From the human T2T-CHM13v2.0 reference genome, Homo sapiens, in the NCBI RefSeq assembly GCF_009914755.1, contig NC_060927.1: 64,000 nt of DNA; one strand, written 5' to 3'. Below the pieces are notes generated by a model. That model was not told the origin of the DNA. It did not search any database and worked only from the letters and a program-made list of their open reading frames with translations. The translations under genes were made by a program, and so were the position numbers. Positions 30,327-46,408 of the stretch are shown here, in pieces. How positions within the stretch are numbered: position 1 is the stretch's first letter; every line of letters begins with the position of its first letter.

Positions 30327-33183
30327 TTACTGGGTCCTTCGGGGTGGGTCACACTGGGACAGTTTCTCTCCTCACCAGCAAACTGCCATTGACTAGTCTT
30401 GTCCAACATGGTCTCTAGAGCCAAACTCCCCATGACCGGCCAGCTTTTCAAAACAAAGTCCCCAGAGAACCTAGACACTGCGCACTCCAACTCCACAGAA
30501 GGTGGTTCTAAAACAGAGTGAAGCAGAGAGGTAAAATCCATACTACCCACAAGATCACAGAGAAATCTGTCCAGCCAGTCATCCGAATTCACTCTCTGGG
30601 TTTCTGTCCTCCCCGCTTCCCCTAAAACGGCTCTTAGTAAAGAGAACTTCAGGTTAAAGAAACGTTATGGAATTAAAAAAAGAAACGTTATGGAGCAGTA
30701 AGTGGGAGGCTCGTGATCCCTTTTTTTAAGAGGAAAAAGGACCCCAACTCTTCATGGCTCCCTTAAGGGCTAATTGGAATGTGGCTGGGCCTCACCTGGG
30801 CCTCAAGGTACTCACTGTACATTATTCTCTACCTGGTCCACCCTCAAGGGTGGTTAAAGAGTCCAGGCTTTGGAATCTAGAAAGACTTGGGTTTGAGTTC
30901 TGATATTATTACATTCTAGCTGTGTGACCTCTGGCAAGTTCCTTAGGTTCTCTGAGCTTTCATTTCTTCCTATACAAAATGGGCTCAATAATACCCACTT
31001 CACAGAGTATTCAATGTGATAATGCATTATAAGTGCTCAGTAAATGCAGTCCTGACTTCTATCATTTGGGTGAAAGGAAAATCAGAAGGGCAGGTAACAA
31101 GAAACCTATATTTCTGTGGTCAATTTCCAAAACCAAAACCGTTTCACTAGACTTGGTAACTATCAATGGAATGGAAAGGCTCAGGTTTTACATTGCAGAG
31201 TCATAGTATTTTAGAACTGGAAGGGAACTTAGACGTCATCTAGTCCTACTCTGTCTTTTCACAGAAAGAAGAAGAAATTGATCCAGAGAGGTCGTGACTT
31301 GCCTAAAGTCACAGAGCAAGTTAATGGCAGAGCCAAGGCAAGACCCAGGACTCCTGACTCCAGTTCTACGACATCACTGTCCTAGGGCCATTTCTTGATG
31401 AAGGTGTGACCTGGTAGGAAAAGAAAAAAAGCAGACATAGCAAGAGAAGGAGAACCAAGGTGCCTAGCTAGTCTCCCATTTAAATATTCTAATTTAAAGA
31501 GAATATTAAATTCCAGACCATTTAGATTTGATTGGATTGTCAAAGTCATGTGAGCGCTTACAAATGAGGAAAATATGAATGAGCCCTGTTAAGTCATTTT
31601 GGTTCAGTTACTAAAGGGAAAGGAGGAATGGTAATAATACCCTCAACCCCTTCCCAAATGCTTCCGGTGTGCCAGGGACTGTTGTATTTGATGAACATTA
31701 TCTAATTTAATCTTGAAAACAACTCTACAAGGTAGGCAATGATTTCACAGAAGGAAAATCTCAGCTTAATTCCAAAGGTCACACAGCTAGTAAGTGACAG
31801 ATCTGGGACTCGAACAGAAGTTTTTCTGATTAGAAAGCCTGAGCTCTTAGAATCCCTCACAAGCAAGTAAAGGGCACTCAAAATTTATTTCCATACAGTC
31901 TAGATTAACACTGAGTTTTTAAACCTCATAGACACTAGTATCTTAAACTTCTCAATAGAACACTGAAATAGATAATCAATAATAAGTTTGTCATAGTGGC
32001 ATATCTAAGTATTTGGCTGTAAGTCAATCATATTCACATATCCCTATCAGGCATATTGTTGGCAAGGGCTAAAGGCCTTTAAGAGATAAAGATAAAGAAA
32101 ATACTCGGCCAGAGGTGGGGATTAACCCAGGATTTCCAGCCTAACACTCTAACATAACCCTCTTCCTTTTTAAAGATTCTCCATTCCTTCTTCTTTAATG
32201 GGCAAACCAGAACATTTCACAGATTTTTTTTTCTCAGTGAAAGAACTCTATTTCTCACATAAAATGTGAGTCATGATTACTTCTTTCATCAGGAAAAATC
32301 CTCACTGTATTTTCTTTTTTCTTTCTTCATTTTTTATCTTTCTTTTTCTTTTTAATTTTTAACTAATAGTTGGAATCTCTCACTGATGTGCAAAAAATTT
32401 ATGCCAGTAGAATCATTAATACTGATGCCTGGCAAAAGGGAGGCCACACATTCTGAATGACATGATTCTTATTTTTATGATTAGATTAATTAAAGTGACT
32501 GGTGTAAATCCCTCGCACAGTGCGGGGAGAAGAGACCCCAAGGGCTAATCTCGCCACCATATGCTGTAGCACTTTGAAAACTGGGTAGGACGACTTCAGC
32601 TCGGAATGTCTTTATTGCTAAAAATATAACAAACAACCAACTGCAGGATGACTCATGCAATAGCACTCAACTTTGCATTCTTCAGAAATTTCTGAACACG
32701 ATGTTTTCTGCCAGCGCCCCATCTCCAAAAATGTCCATAAAATAAATTCCTGTCTTTGCTCTTGAAAAAATATTAGGACTAGTCCCTGAGGCTCTACCCC
32801 ATGTGAACACTGTGTATAGAATGATACCTTATCAAGGTAAATGGACCAGACCTCTCATTTGTAATCTCTGTCTCAAACAGAGTGTTGCTAACAACTAGGC
32901 CTGCAAATGTGATAGGGATAATTTAACTGCATTTCCTCCTCCATCATCCATACTTTGACAGTTAGGAGGTGGTATGACAGGGTAGGATGGAACCCACCCA
33001 GCAATGGCTCCCACCTCCCTTTCAGGGCAAGCCTGGATGTGGGGAGTGAGGGGTGTATGCGAAAGTAAGGTATTCCCTTCTCTGTCTTCTTGGGTTCCTG
33101 CCTTCTTTTCTGCCCAGTCGATCTCCTTGAACCAAACTGTTTCCTAATCAACATTCCTTGAATATGAAGCAAGTGAAGATCTA

Positions 33184-33336
<153 letters not shown>

Positions 33337-34644
33337 CTATATGAAAAACAAAGACCCAAGACAACAGTTTCATATTTTCTTGAAATCAGTGATTCTGGAA
33401 TTTTGTGTCCATATAACTATGAGATGAATCGTTTTGGACCTTAACCTGTTTCTAGGCCTCTAGCTCCACATATTCAAATATAAGACAGTTGGCCCAGAAG
33501 GATCTAGAGAGTTCTAAATCTGAGCTGATGATGCCATAGGACTACAGAGTCAACACCTTTTTTTTTGGTCTTTATTCAAGGAAAAGAGGCTAGTAGGAAC
33601 ATCTAGCGCTTGTTTTTATTTTTTCTAAATATTGAATATATAAGTAAATTATACTGTTCTATTTCATATACTGACATAATTGTGTTGCTAAATTAAGCTA
33701 TGAGGAGTTTTGCTACTTTATACTGAGTGATAAGAGAGCTCCAAGACCAAGAAGAAAGTGAAAAAAATGAAAAGACATGGATACTTGCAATACTTTATTA
33801 ATTAAAAATCTAATAATTTAGTAATTAAACAGATGTACTAGCTGGCTTCCTGGATTTAGTTTAATACTTGTTTTTGAATCTTGAGACAGCCATGATCAGC
33901 TCACTTAGCCTTTCAAACAATAGGACTCAGGGAGTAGAACGCTCCAGGTTTTCTACCAAGTTTTTCCCCATAGCTCATTGCATTGAGGTTTTCCTTTTAT
34001 AACACTCTTTCTTTGGTATCTGTAGACATACACCTACAGGTTCAATGATTCTTCCTTTCTTAAGGCATGAGAGAGCACCTCTGTAGCATCTGGGGACACT
34101 GTTTAGTTCTAGGTTTGGGTGACTTAGGTAATATTCTCAAGAATGTGCAATACTAGAATTTTTCTGGACGTGATCCTCAAGTTGAGGCAACTGTCATCTG
34201 TATTGTAGAAGTTAATAACAGCAGTGAGCACTTATTGTGAGGGCACATTGCTAAGTGCTGTAGAAACATTCAATATCCTTCTATCTTCCCTACAATCATG
34301 TAAAGGAGGTGCTCTAAATATTTCCATGGTAGGGATTAAAAAAGTAAACCTCAGACAGGTTAAATCGCTTGCCCAAATCACATGGTAAGTACATGTGGGA
34401 ACTTCAGGTAGGATGGAAACCACCCAGCAATGACCCCCACCTCCCTTGCAACCCAGGAGCGGCACTCCACATCTTACTTGCTTAACTGCTTATATGATGT
34501 ATAATGAAGTAAATTTTACTGTATTACTTGAATGTTTTAGATCAACAGATTATAAACAGTCCTGCCCCAGCCACTTAAAAAGTTCATTTTAACTGTTGGT
34601 AGGATAACAAGGCAAAATGAGTGTTTTAAAATGTAAGAAATTAA

Positions 34645-35088
<444 letters not shown>

Positions 35089-38000
35089 TGATGGATGTCT
35101 TCTGCTAAGGCCTAAAGGGGTCCTCTAACTTTGCTAGATAAATGGTGGGAAATATCAGTTGATCTAGATTCAGCCCAAATTTTTATGATCCCGGTTAATG
35201 TTCTTTGGCTTTGATTATATACGTATACCCTATTGCATATTCCTCCTTCAGACACAAAAGCTCTTTCTTATTATGAAAATGCCCGAGGTAGGATTTTATA
35301 TTGGGCAAAGCAGAATAAAATAGAAAAACATCAGGAATAACTGAGACTAACAGACTTGATTTTGGGGCATATATGCAAATCCCTTATCATTTCCATTGTT
35401 CAAGTTCTAACAGAAAACTGTCAATATTATATTTGGGTTCTGTGTTCCTAAGCACTTGAGTCCATTAATTTCAGTGATGTTCATACACTGTTACAAGATT
35501 CACTCATTCACACGCAGGGCAGTTGTTGGAGATGTTGGCAATGATTTCCTGGGTGTGCAGGGTGGGCAAATCTTGCCAAAGCATGAATGTCAGAGCATGC
35601 CATGAGAGTGAAAAACAAGTTTCCCTGCAAACCTAGCTTTTCTCTCTGCTACCCTCTGACCAAGGAGGGCAAAGGAGAACTAAAGAAACCCAGAGATTCC
35701 TGGCAAGAAGATGTATGTCACAGACAGGGAGGGGAGGGGTAGGGTAGCACGCCTCCTTCTGGAGGAAACAATAATTTCCTAGAGGTAGAAATACCAAAGT
35801 CCAAGACATCCAGTAAGAATGCTGACGGCTTACTAGGATAGGAAGATTGTTAGTCTATCTGAAGTTGGGGAGACCCTTGTCTCCCTCATACTCTGATGCT
35901 GACTCATGTTCAGGGGTGGGTTTAGGGCAAGGAGTACATTGACCAGTAAGACCACGCTAAGCAGAGAATGAGGTGTGACACACCAGACACTCCAAAAAGT
36001 CACTCTGTTCACTTTTTATTGGGATGAATGAAATAATTTATACTTTGCTTATTTCCACAAAAGAGTTGAGATAGCTAGCTCTACTATACACTATGCCATC
36101 TTTTCTGTGGCCTATCTCTGATGACTTGTCTTGGGCACTTCATGGACCAAATCCTTTTAAAGATGTTGGCCTTTCTTTTTTTTGTTTTTTCTTGATTTTC
36201 TTCTTAAAATGTTGGCCTTTCTTAAGCTATAATTAAAGCATATTTTGATGTATGATAAGGAACCACTTCATTTTAAAAAGTAACAGAAATTAACTCTTGG
36301 AAGTGGACTTGAAGACATTTAAAACAGTCTACTTATTTTAAAAAAATCCTTTTAGAGATGAGCTGACAAAAGAGATGCCCTGGGCAATAAATAAGGACAT
36401 ATATTTCATTGATGATTTGTTGGTAAGAAGAGGTCTTGCTTTTATAAATCAATATCAGACATGTTTCTTTGTATTCTGAGAAGAACTGTATCCATTTTTT
36501 AGTACTTTGAGATGATTCACTGATCAATGTGAAAAGGAGATAACTCACTCTTCTAGTTCACTATTCAGGCAGCTGTTGAAAAGCTTTGATTCTTTCTCTA
36601 AAAATAGTTTGCTGTGGGACAGTATCAATATCCTTTCTACAAAAGATGTGTAAAAACTTGGATATCACAACAGACATGACATCTCCAAAAGATTTCACTC
36701 TTCTCAGGGTGAAAACTGGCAAAAAGGATTCTCTCCATACACATTGCAAGTATGGGGTAGAAATATTTTTAAATTACAGGTTTGAATAAACGATATAGGA
36801 AACAATTAACCCTTTCATCTTTCACCACTCTTAAAAACCGTGTTTCACTTGAAAAACTCGTTTGTCTTTTTCCAAGATGCTTTGTCATTATATTAAGTGA
36901 TCCGCACAAGTACCCTGGGAAGGCTCTTCTCTGATTTTACAATGAAGGCAACCCTAGAAACAGGATTCTGACCTGAGACAAAGGCACAGAATCTGAAAAA
37001 AAATCTAGATTTTGCTACACGATTTCTTCTTTTAAGAAAACCTCAGCTGATCCAGGCTCCAAACATCCTGTGATCTAGGGAAAACAGGCTAGTTGATTTC
37101 TTGATCATCCTGAAGACATATGTGAGGCAGGGATATAGGTTAATAGGCTCAATTCTCTCTTTGTTTAAGTCAGTCACTAATAATGTATTGTCCTCTGTAA
37201 GGCACATTCACTCTTTAGAGTCATTTTGGGGAATTAAGTATTAAATTGAATTCCATATTAAATGGAATCAGGATCTCTCTCCCAGAATTCGAAATTTCCC
37301 ATTATGCGCCGATTTAGAAGAATCTCAGTGCTGCAACTAAGGTAGGGAAAGCCTTATGAATTGGGACTAATTTAGAGAAAAGTCTAGTTTGAATTATCGA
37401 ACTTTTGGAATGAGAGTAGGTACCTAAAGTTATGTAGTTTTATTACTTTCAAATCAAGCCAATAAAACTACTTTCAAGAGACTGTCTGCAAGTCTCTAAT
37501 TAATAAATAGCCAGAACTTACTTGTAATTAGATTCATTAAATTCCCTAAGACATTATTTTCATAGATGTAATGGCAACCTTTAGCCCAGTCTTTGTTAAA
37601 GGACTACGAATTCCAGATCAAAGGGGTCTGGATAAATAAGAACATGTTACACCACATTCCAAAAAGCAAGTCTTGCAACCTTAGAAATTACCCCTTTCCA
37701 ATGGATGTATTATCTCAACATTTTTAGCAGCCTTCTCCTAAATGTTTCCTAATGTCACGTACAAAAACATAGGGAATTTGCATGGAAAATCTTCCACTAG
37801 GGAAAAGGAAAACACCTTAATTTGAAACTGAGCTAACATGTTGATTTGGGGGCTTTACGAGCAAGGGTATGAACAAAGCGGGGCAGTTGGAGAAGCGGAA
37901 GAAGAGAAAAAGAGGTAAGGTGGATGAGAGAGGAGGGAAGGTGAAATGTTTTATACATTTAATACAATTTTTGCTTTAGGGTTTACATCTTGATAATTTA

Positions 38001-38780
38001 GTTTTAAATATAAGAGGTAAAAAAGACAAGGTATTTAACAAGTAAACAATTTTAAAAGTCCTTCCCTGACTTTAAATACTTCTTTATTTATGAAACATTA
38101 GCTGAACAGACACGAAATACAGCACTGGGTCAAGCTTTTTCCTTTATGGTAGATTTCATTTTCAAGGCTAGATTGTTGGACCAAAAGATATTTTCCAGAA
38201 ACCTTATCTGAATTTTGTTGATGAAGTCTTGTAAGTAGGCCAATTTAGGTTCAGTTTCAGGAAGTGAATGGACTGATCACTGGTATATTCTTGTCAAGTA
38301 TTTCCTGCAGATAGGACTGTACAGCACAAAATTAGCCGATGGATGACCAGAATCTACTTAGTCACTGCAGGCTGTGCGAAAAGCCAACTTGGATAATTTC
38401 AGAACATAACTGAATCTAAGTAGCCTCAAAGATATTCCCTATTGGAACCCTTGAAAATGAGCATATTCACTCAGACTAACAGCAGAAAACAGCCTGTGGT
38501 AGAGTAAACTCTGTCTCCTCCAACACTGTAGATAAAACAAGAAGAGAAACAGTCATTTCTCGGGATGACAACATGTTAAAAAGGACCTATGCTTTTTAAA
38601 CCCAAAGTAAGAGTTTTATTAATTTCTTTTTATTTTATTGATTCTCTTCCTGTTTTAAAAACACTTGCAGAAGTAAAGAAACCAGACATTACACTCATTT
38701 AGTTATTTATGATTTGGGAAAAAAATTCAGTTCTTGAACATGTCAAAAATGAAGAGCACAACCAGACACCTGGATGATCA

Positions 38781-39062
<282 letters not shown>

Positions 39063-39206
39063 CTATAGCTAAGGTTGCTAGGCCAGAGACAAAATTGGCT
39101 TGCCAGGAAGAGGTAACAACAGTAAAGACTTAGTGAAACCAAACGGTAAGAATTTTATACTCATAGAGTTAACATAGGCCCAGGATTTCAGAATGCCTTA
39201 GAAATA

Positions 39207-39575
<369 letters not shown>

Positions 39576-42500
39576 TCAAGCAGAGAGGCCAGGATTTGAG
39601 CACTGTGAGTTCTAGATAACACAATCTATTTAACAAGGCTTATTTCAAAACCTGTTTTCACAAGATTTGATCCACTTTGGAATCACAGTACCATGCAATG
39701 AATTCAGAAAACTTTATAGCTGGAAAGGTCCCGGGAGATGACGAAGTCCTTGTAAGGTGAAGAAACAGGCCTGCAGAGGTTTGGCCTTCCTCAGGGTCTC
39801 ACTGGAAATTACAGGCAGGACTAAAACCCCAGTCTCTTAATTTCTAGCCCTCCAGTGTAATATGCTGGTCTTTTTCTAAAAATGGAGAGTTGACTTTAAG
39901 TAGAATGAATTTTGCCACCTAAAAAAGTTAGGTAAACTTGTGATATTATGATATGCAATCCAACAACACTGGATAGTGTGAAATGACAGAGGTTTTGTTT
40001 ATTAAGAAAAAAGGAAAATCCAACTATGATAACTCTCTTTTTTAGTGGACAATGAGTTTATTAGTTTAAATTCCTTGACTCAGGAAGCTAAAAAGCACAA
40101 AAGCAGAAGCCTCCTGTTTCCCTCCTGTCTTTGCTCCTTCAGCTTCCTGTGGAGAGGATGCCCAGACACAAGATGCTGATTCAGGAGGGCAGGTTCATTC
40201 TCCCCTCTATCAATGGTTTACCATTGATAAATTATGTGATATATAGAATCACACAGCTTCACATAAGACCAAACAATCAAAATGAGGCAGGATTGGTTGG
40301 GATGTGAAGAAGGAAGAGGCTGAGAAACAATCCTTTCTCCCTATCATGGTCCTTATGAAGTTTTTTGACTCAGTTCAGCAAAGTCTTCTTTGTTCCAATA
40401 AAGATTAGCTAGGTTGAAATGACTGATGCCTTACTGTGTATCTTACCGTGACATTTCATAGACCTTTTATTAAACTAGGTCACTGAAGTCTTGCTTTTCA
40501 GAAAAAAAGCCATTAAGGAAACAGAATGAAATAAATCCTTTTCATAATTTCTTAGAAATTATGTTGCTCCAACTTTAATTTAGAAAAATGTTCCTTCTTG
40601 GGAGGCAGATAATTGACTTGAAAGTGAGGTTTAGTAATGTACAGGATTATATTTTTAAATATCACAGCTTTTCTTAGTTTACTTTTGCATCATGCAAACC
40701 ATGATTCATCTGTTGAGTTCACTGCAAGGGTTTCAAAACTCTTGTCAGTCATTTTTAAAAAGGGAATTCTGGGAAGGATCTGGGCAGAGAAAAAAGGGAA
40801 CTAGAATGCTTTGCGCGTTCATTCAGTCATTTATCTATGAATTCAGAAAACATTTATTTAGCATCTACATGTGCTTAGCATTGTTCTAGGTGCTGAAAAT
40901 ACAAAAATGAGTAAGACATGGTTTCTTCCTTTGTAAACTCATAAGCTGAGTTCTGTTTCTGTAGCCTTGGTCATTCTTCAATGAGAAAAAGAGAGGTGAA
41001 AATGAAGGGAAGAACATGAAAAGATGCTCAACATCATTGCAGGGAAATGCAAATCAAAACCACAATGAGATACCACTTTACACTCACTAGTATGGTTTTA
41101 ACAAAAATGACACAGTCACAAGTGTTGGTAAGGAGGTGTGCTCATGTGCTTTTGTGTGCATATAAAGACCTACTTATAAAACACAAAGTAACTTTTAAAC
41201 CACAAAGTAACTCAATTAGGAAAACAGGCACCTTCCTGGTAAAGGCAGATGGAATATACAGACCCATACTGTCAAAAAAGCTACATCTGAACCTCTTATA
41301 CCTCGAGGTTATACACAATTAATCCAACAGAATGAAGACTTTCAAGTTCTTAGTATCAAGTATGGAATGCAGAGATAAGGGAAAAAGAGGTACAAGTCAT
41401 TTCTGTCTAATCTCAGGTATGAGAACCAATTGTGATACACTTGAACACTGCTGTACTTGTGGGACATGACTTGGGAGGGGTCAAAACAAGGTGTCCAAGA
41501 ACATTAACCAGAGTTGGGAAGATGCAGGTAGTTCCCTCTCACCTCATACTACCCCAGCCTGTCTCATGAGACCTGCTGGCTTTATCTTTTGGCATTGGCA
41601 GCCAGACACTGAAGATTTATTCCTACCTGTAGTTCAACAATTTATGTAGATGGTGTTTAAGGTTCTTGTGGAATCCAACAATAATTCAATCAGTGACTGG
41701 AATGGACTCCTTTCATTTACTGACTGCTAGGCTGAGAGGTGGTGTGCTTTACTCTCTTATTTCTCCTAGACTATCTTCTTCATGGGTGGAGGTGATTAAA
41801 TGACTTTAGTTAAATCATCAAAACTTCTACAGAAACATCTACTTAAGTTGGTGGCAGCTACTTACATGATCATACTAGTGCACCCCACCCCTTGCTTTCT
41901 TTTCTGTAACATATTAACTCTGAACCATCTTATTTATCCAAAACAGTCACCACAGGCAATGATACATCAATCATTATGCCTAAGTCCATTATTCTTCATT
42001 AAATAACTTCCATCAGGGAATAATGTCCCACACATAGTGACTAGGTAGGTGAGGATTCTCTTAAGGTTACTGAACATGATTGACAACATTACATACTAAC
42101 CAATTCTCCTAGAGAACTTAACCATTTCTTGCTGTTGTATTTCCTGTTGTATTTTAGTGTCTCCATCATTTTCCTTTGTCATACTCACCAAATGAGTTAC
42201 ACAATGGTCAGTATGCCAAACTAAGGAAAATGCACATGTATCATTAGTTTTGTTGCCAAGAGTGGACACTGATGAGTGCCATAATGTCAGCGTTGGATTC
42301 TGCCTAGAAACAAATACTACAGACACAATCCTGGAAGCTACGACTGTTCATGTCAGGAACTGCATCTGCTAGTTGTCCCAGGTGACTGCTAAAGAAGCCT
42401 GGTCAATAACCCTCCAGAAAAAATTAAGGTCCATGACAATATATGATAGTTCAAAAATGATATATTTCCCTCAGCTCTTGTCTGCTCAGATGTATTATTT

Positions 42501-44034
42501 TTCAGATTAATACATTATGCTGCCACTTTATCAAGCATATTTTTATAAAAGCAAACTCCATCTGTTCAACAAAGGACTTGAGATTTTTTCAGTTGACATT
42601 TGGCAATGTCTGGTTAATTGCTAAGTATTATCTTGAATATCTTACAGTTAATGCTATTTAAAAAATATTCTCTGAGCGACTTGTCATGTAGAAGGGGAAA
42701 GTTTTGTACATTTGCACTACAAAGGATGCAACAGGTAGTAAGCTTGCCTTCTTGGTTGAAAACAGATTCAATGCTTTCTTCCCTATGGGCAAGATCAGAA
42801 GGCTGGCTAGTTTAATTCTTTTGAGTGAATTATAACAGCATCTCAGGTCCTAGGAGGAGAAACACTGGTTCCTCTTGTCACCTTGGCAGATACATGGCCC
42901 TTAGGGAATAGAATATAAAGCAGATTAATCTTGAAAGTAGATCTAAAATATAAGGTGCTGCCTAGGAGAGCAGAAGTAGCAGCATGTGAGAAGAGCTGAG
43001 TTCAGAGATCTTTTCCAAACTGGCAAATCTTATCATCTGTATAAGACCACTTGCCTAGCAGAACCAGTCCTGGCATCTTAAGGGAGGGGCTGTGGTTTGC
43101 GGTAGTGGGAAATACTTTGGGTAGCTCAGAGAAGTGAAGAAGTTCCATGTTGCTGATTCATCTTGTAGAGCTATCAACTCAGAGCCAGTAGGTATCTGAT
43201 CTTGGGACGGGATAGAGGATGAGACTGTATTTTGTCACCCTTCAGGAAGCTAAGTCACTAGCATGCTTAGTCACTCTTCTGATTTTATACTGAACCTCCT
43301 CAGTTCATCCTGCAGCTCAGACCTGATGATTTAAGCTTGTTTTCCCCACCAGCACCTTCCCTATGTCATTTCTTGACAAACTTAAAAACCTTGAAAGGGT
43401 TATCCTTTAGCCTTTCCCCAACATACGAATCCTGATTCCTTTTATATTTAATTCTTGGCATTAGGTACCAAGCTTTATATCATGTTAATCTTTAACCCTG
43501 TGATAGACACTATATTAAATTAAACCATGCATTCATCCATTTGTTTATTTAACAGCATGTATGGGTGTACTGTGTGGAAGACACTTGGTACAAACTTGAA
43601 ACAGCATTAACTTTGGAGGCCTTCATCCATTGCCCTCTGCAAATTATTAGCAGAGCTGCCCCAGGGGCTCCCACTTCACACAATTCACAATCTTTCCTCA
43701 GAACATCCACTGTTTTCCCACCCTGCCTACCCCTGCTTGGAGTCTTGGAGTCTCTTTCTTTACACTTTGCCCTCTGGCTGGCTGGGCCCTGGTGTTGGGG
43801 GACAGCAGACAATGGCTCGCCAGGCTTTGAACACTGAAGCACTGGTGGGCGGAGGAGGGGCGAGCAGGAGGACCAAGTAGAGGTGTCAATCTAGAAAAGG
43901 GGATGAGGATATGAGGCCAAAGGACCCTGGATTCTCATCGGAGGCTTTAGTGCAGAAAAAGGGACAACATGAGTTTTGGATCATTTCTTCTGATTCAAGA
44001 ATTCCTGAAACTAAGACATATTTTTAAATTACAA

Positions 44035-44340
44035 TTTTTTTTAACTTTTATTTTTTGAGACAGGGACTCACTTCTGTCACCCGGACTGGAGTGCAGTGGC
44101 ATGACCATGGCTCACTGGAGCCTTGAACTCCTGGGCCCAAGCAGTCCTCCCAGCTCAGCTTCCTGAGTAGCTGGGACTACAGGTGCATGGTCACCACACC
44201 TGGCTAATTTTGAAGTTGTTTCGTAGAGATGGGGTCTTGCTATGTTTCCCAGGCTGGTCTTGAGCTCCTGGTTCAAACCAGCCTCCCGTCTTGGCCTCCC
44301 AGAGTGTTGGGACTACAGGCATGAGCCACAGTGCTCAGCC
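44035..44340 (-). mobile_element. AluJ-like element
   Basis: Reverse dimer ending atgagccacagtgctcagcc. Confidence 0.93.
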
Positions 44341-44912
44341 TATTTTTTAATTTTTAGGGCCAGGTTTGGGCATAGTATAGTTTAATGTATAAGAAGTACC
44401 TAGTGAAATGTTCCTTTTGCCGTCCCTGTACATTCAGATCCTTAATAGCTGACATAACCTTTCAATCTACAATTAGAGGGAAAACACTTGAAGATGCAAA
44501 CCACTAAGAAAGGGAATACGTTGATATAATGCGTTTGAGTTGGAATGTTAATCAAAAGGGCACACATTCTGGCAGTCTACAACATTTGGCTTGCAGAGTG
44601 TTTTTAAAAATCGTAGCAAATTTTTAAAACTAGGAAATTTCATAAAACATACAGAATTCTTGCTTCATGTGAAAAACAGGAGGAACTGGCAATACTGAAC
44701 CCAAATTCTCACAGTGTAACGATCAACTGAACTAGAAAGGTAGCCCTACCTCCCAAGAAACGGACATCCTTTTTAGGCTCCACAGTCAGAACCTCTCCTG
44801 ATTGTGTGCATCAGTTGCTATTTATTTTTGTTCTTGCATTATGCCTTTTCATAAATAAAGAAATATTTCACATAATTCTTTATCTTTATCAAGAGTGGAA
44901 AAACAAAAGTAG

Positions 44913-45239
<327 letters not shown>

Positions 45240-45348
45240 TGAGAACATATTTCTTCATGGAAGTGAGAAGTATTCTTATCATATATTATGTAAGCATTAT
45301 GTGTCTTTGTTGAAAAATTTAAATTAAGCAGCCATTGTAAGACAGCTC

Positions 45349-45352
<4 letters not shown>

Positions 45353-45382
<30 letters not shown>
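45353..45382 (+). repeat. (TC)n microsatellite
   Basis: Read directly. Confidence 0.97.
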
Positions 45383-45386
<4 letters not shown>

Positions 45387-46155
45387 ACTTGGGGGCATTG
45401 GAGTTGTAGAACCCTGGTATTGATGAGATCATTTCCTGTTTTAAAAGACGGCATGAATTAGAAAGCAGGAAGGCAAAGTCATCAGAAGATTAGGGGAGGG
45501 AGCAGAAACAGTCACTAGAGAAGGGTGATAGTTGCCTCTGATTTTGCTGTGAGAAGCAATTTATAGCTTTGGGCTCATGCAGAGGCACCCACAGTTATGT
45601 CATATCCTGAATCCTTGAGAAAAACAAGTGTCATTTCTTTACCTGAAAATCCATTCAGAATGGGATTCAAGGTTATAGCTCTAAAAATGTGGGCTAGCAG
45701 CCCTTCAGCCTTATGTTACATAAACATACATAAAAGGGAAGGAGCTGTTGCATTTGTCATCAGAACACCGTCACTGTCGTTATGAGCTATACTGCTCTCC
45801 CTGCAGGTGTATCCTGCAGTCACATGGATGTGCGCTTTAGGGAGTGCAAAATAAAAGAGATTGATGCTTTCGTAGTGCTTATGATCTAGATAGATTTGAT
45901 ATAAATAAGCAAACATGATGAGGGGAACCCAAATCCCAACAATGGAAATGAGCTATGACACATATGTATGTGTTATGTTGCACGTATATATGGTTATGTA
46001 GGTTCAGGTGTACTCCATTTTGACAGACGTCAATATATGAACACTTAAATATGATATTTGGAAATGGAGGAGGGATTTTAACATTATAAGAAATCCTTTA
46101 TGAAAGATCCTTTACTTCAGATATTCTCCAAGTAGTAAGTTCTTCACCATTAATG

Positions 46156-46236
46156 CAGTGGTCCTCGAGTGGGGATGATTTTGCCTCCCAGGGGACATTT
46201 GGCGAAGTCTGGAGACATTTTTGGTTGCCACAACTG

Positions 46237-46285
<49 letters not shown>

Positions 46286-46408
46286 ACTGGTGTCCAGTGG
46301 GAAGAGGGACCAGGAATGATGCTAAACGTCCTACAATGCACAGGACAACCATCACAACAAAGAATTATATGGCCCCAATGTCAATAGTGCCAAGGTTAAG
46401 AAACCCTA
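46156..46408 (+). mobile_element. MER20 with internal (TG)n (46238-46280)
   Basis: cagtggtcctc...gattttgcctcccaggggacatttggc...tctggagacatttttggttg...tcaatagtgccaaggttaagaaaccct. Confidence 0.9.

Noticed and set aside
41182-41212. Short tandem duplications (also 4509-4540, 49343-49381, 51084-51103)
   Set aside because: 8-20 bp units consistent with replication slippage, without retroinsertion hallmarks.
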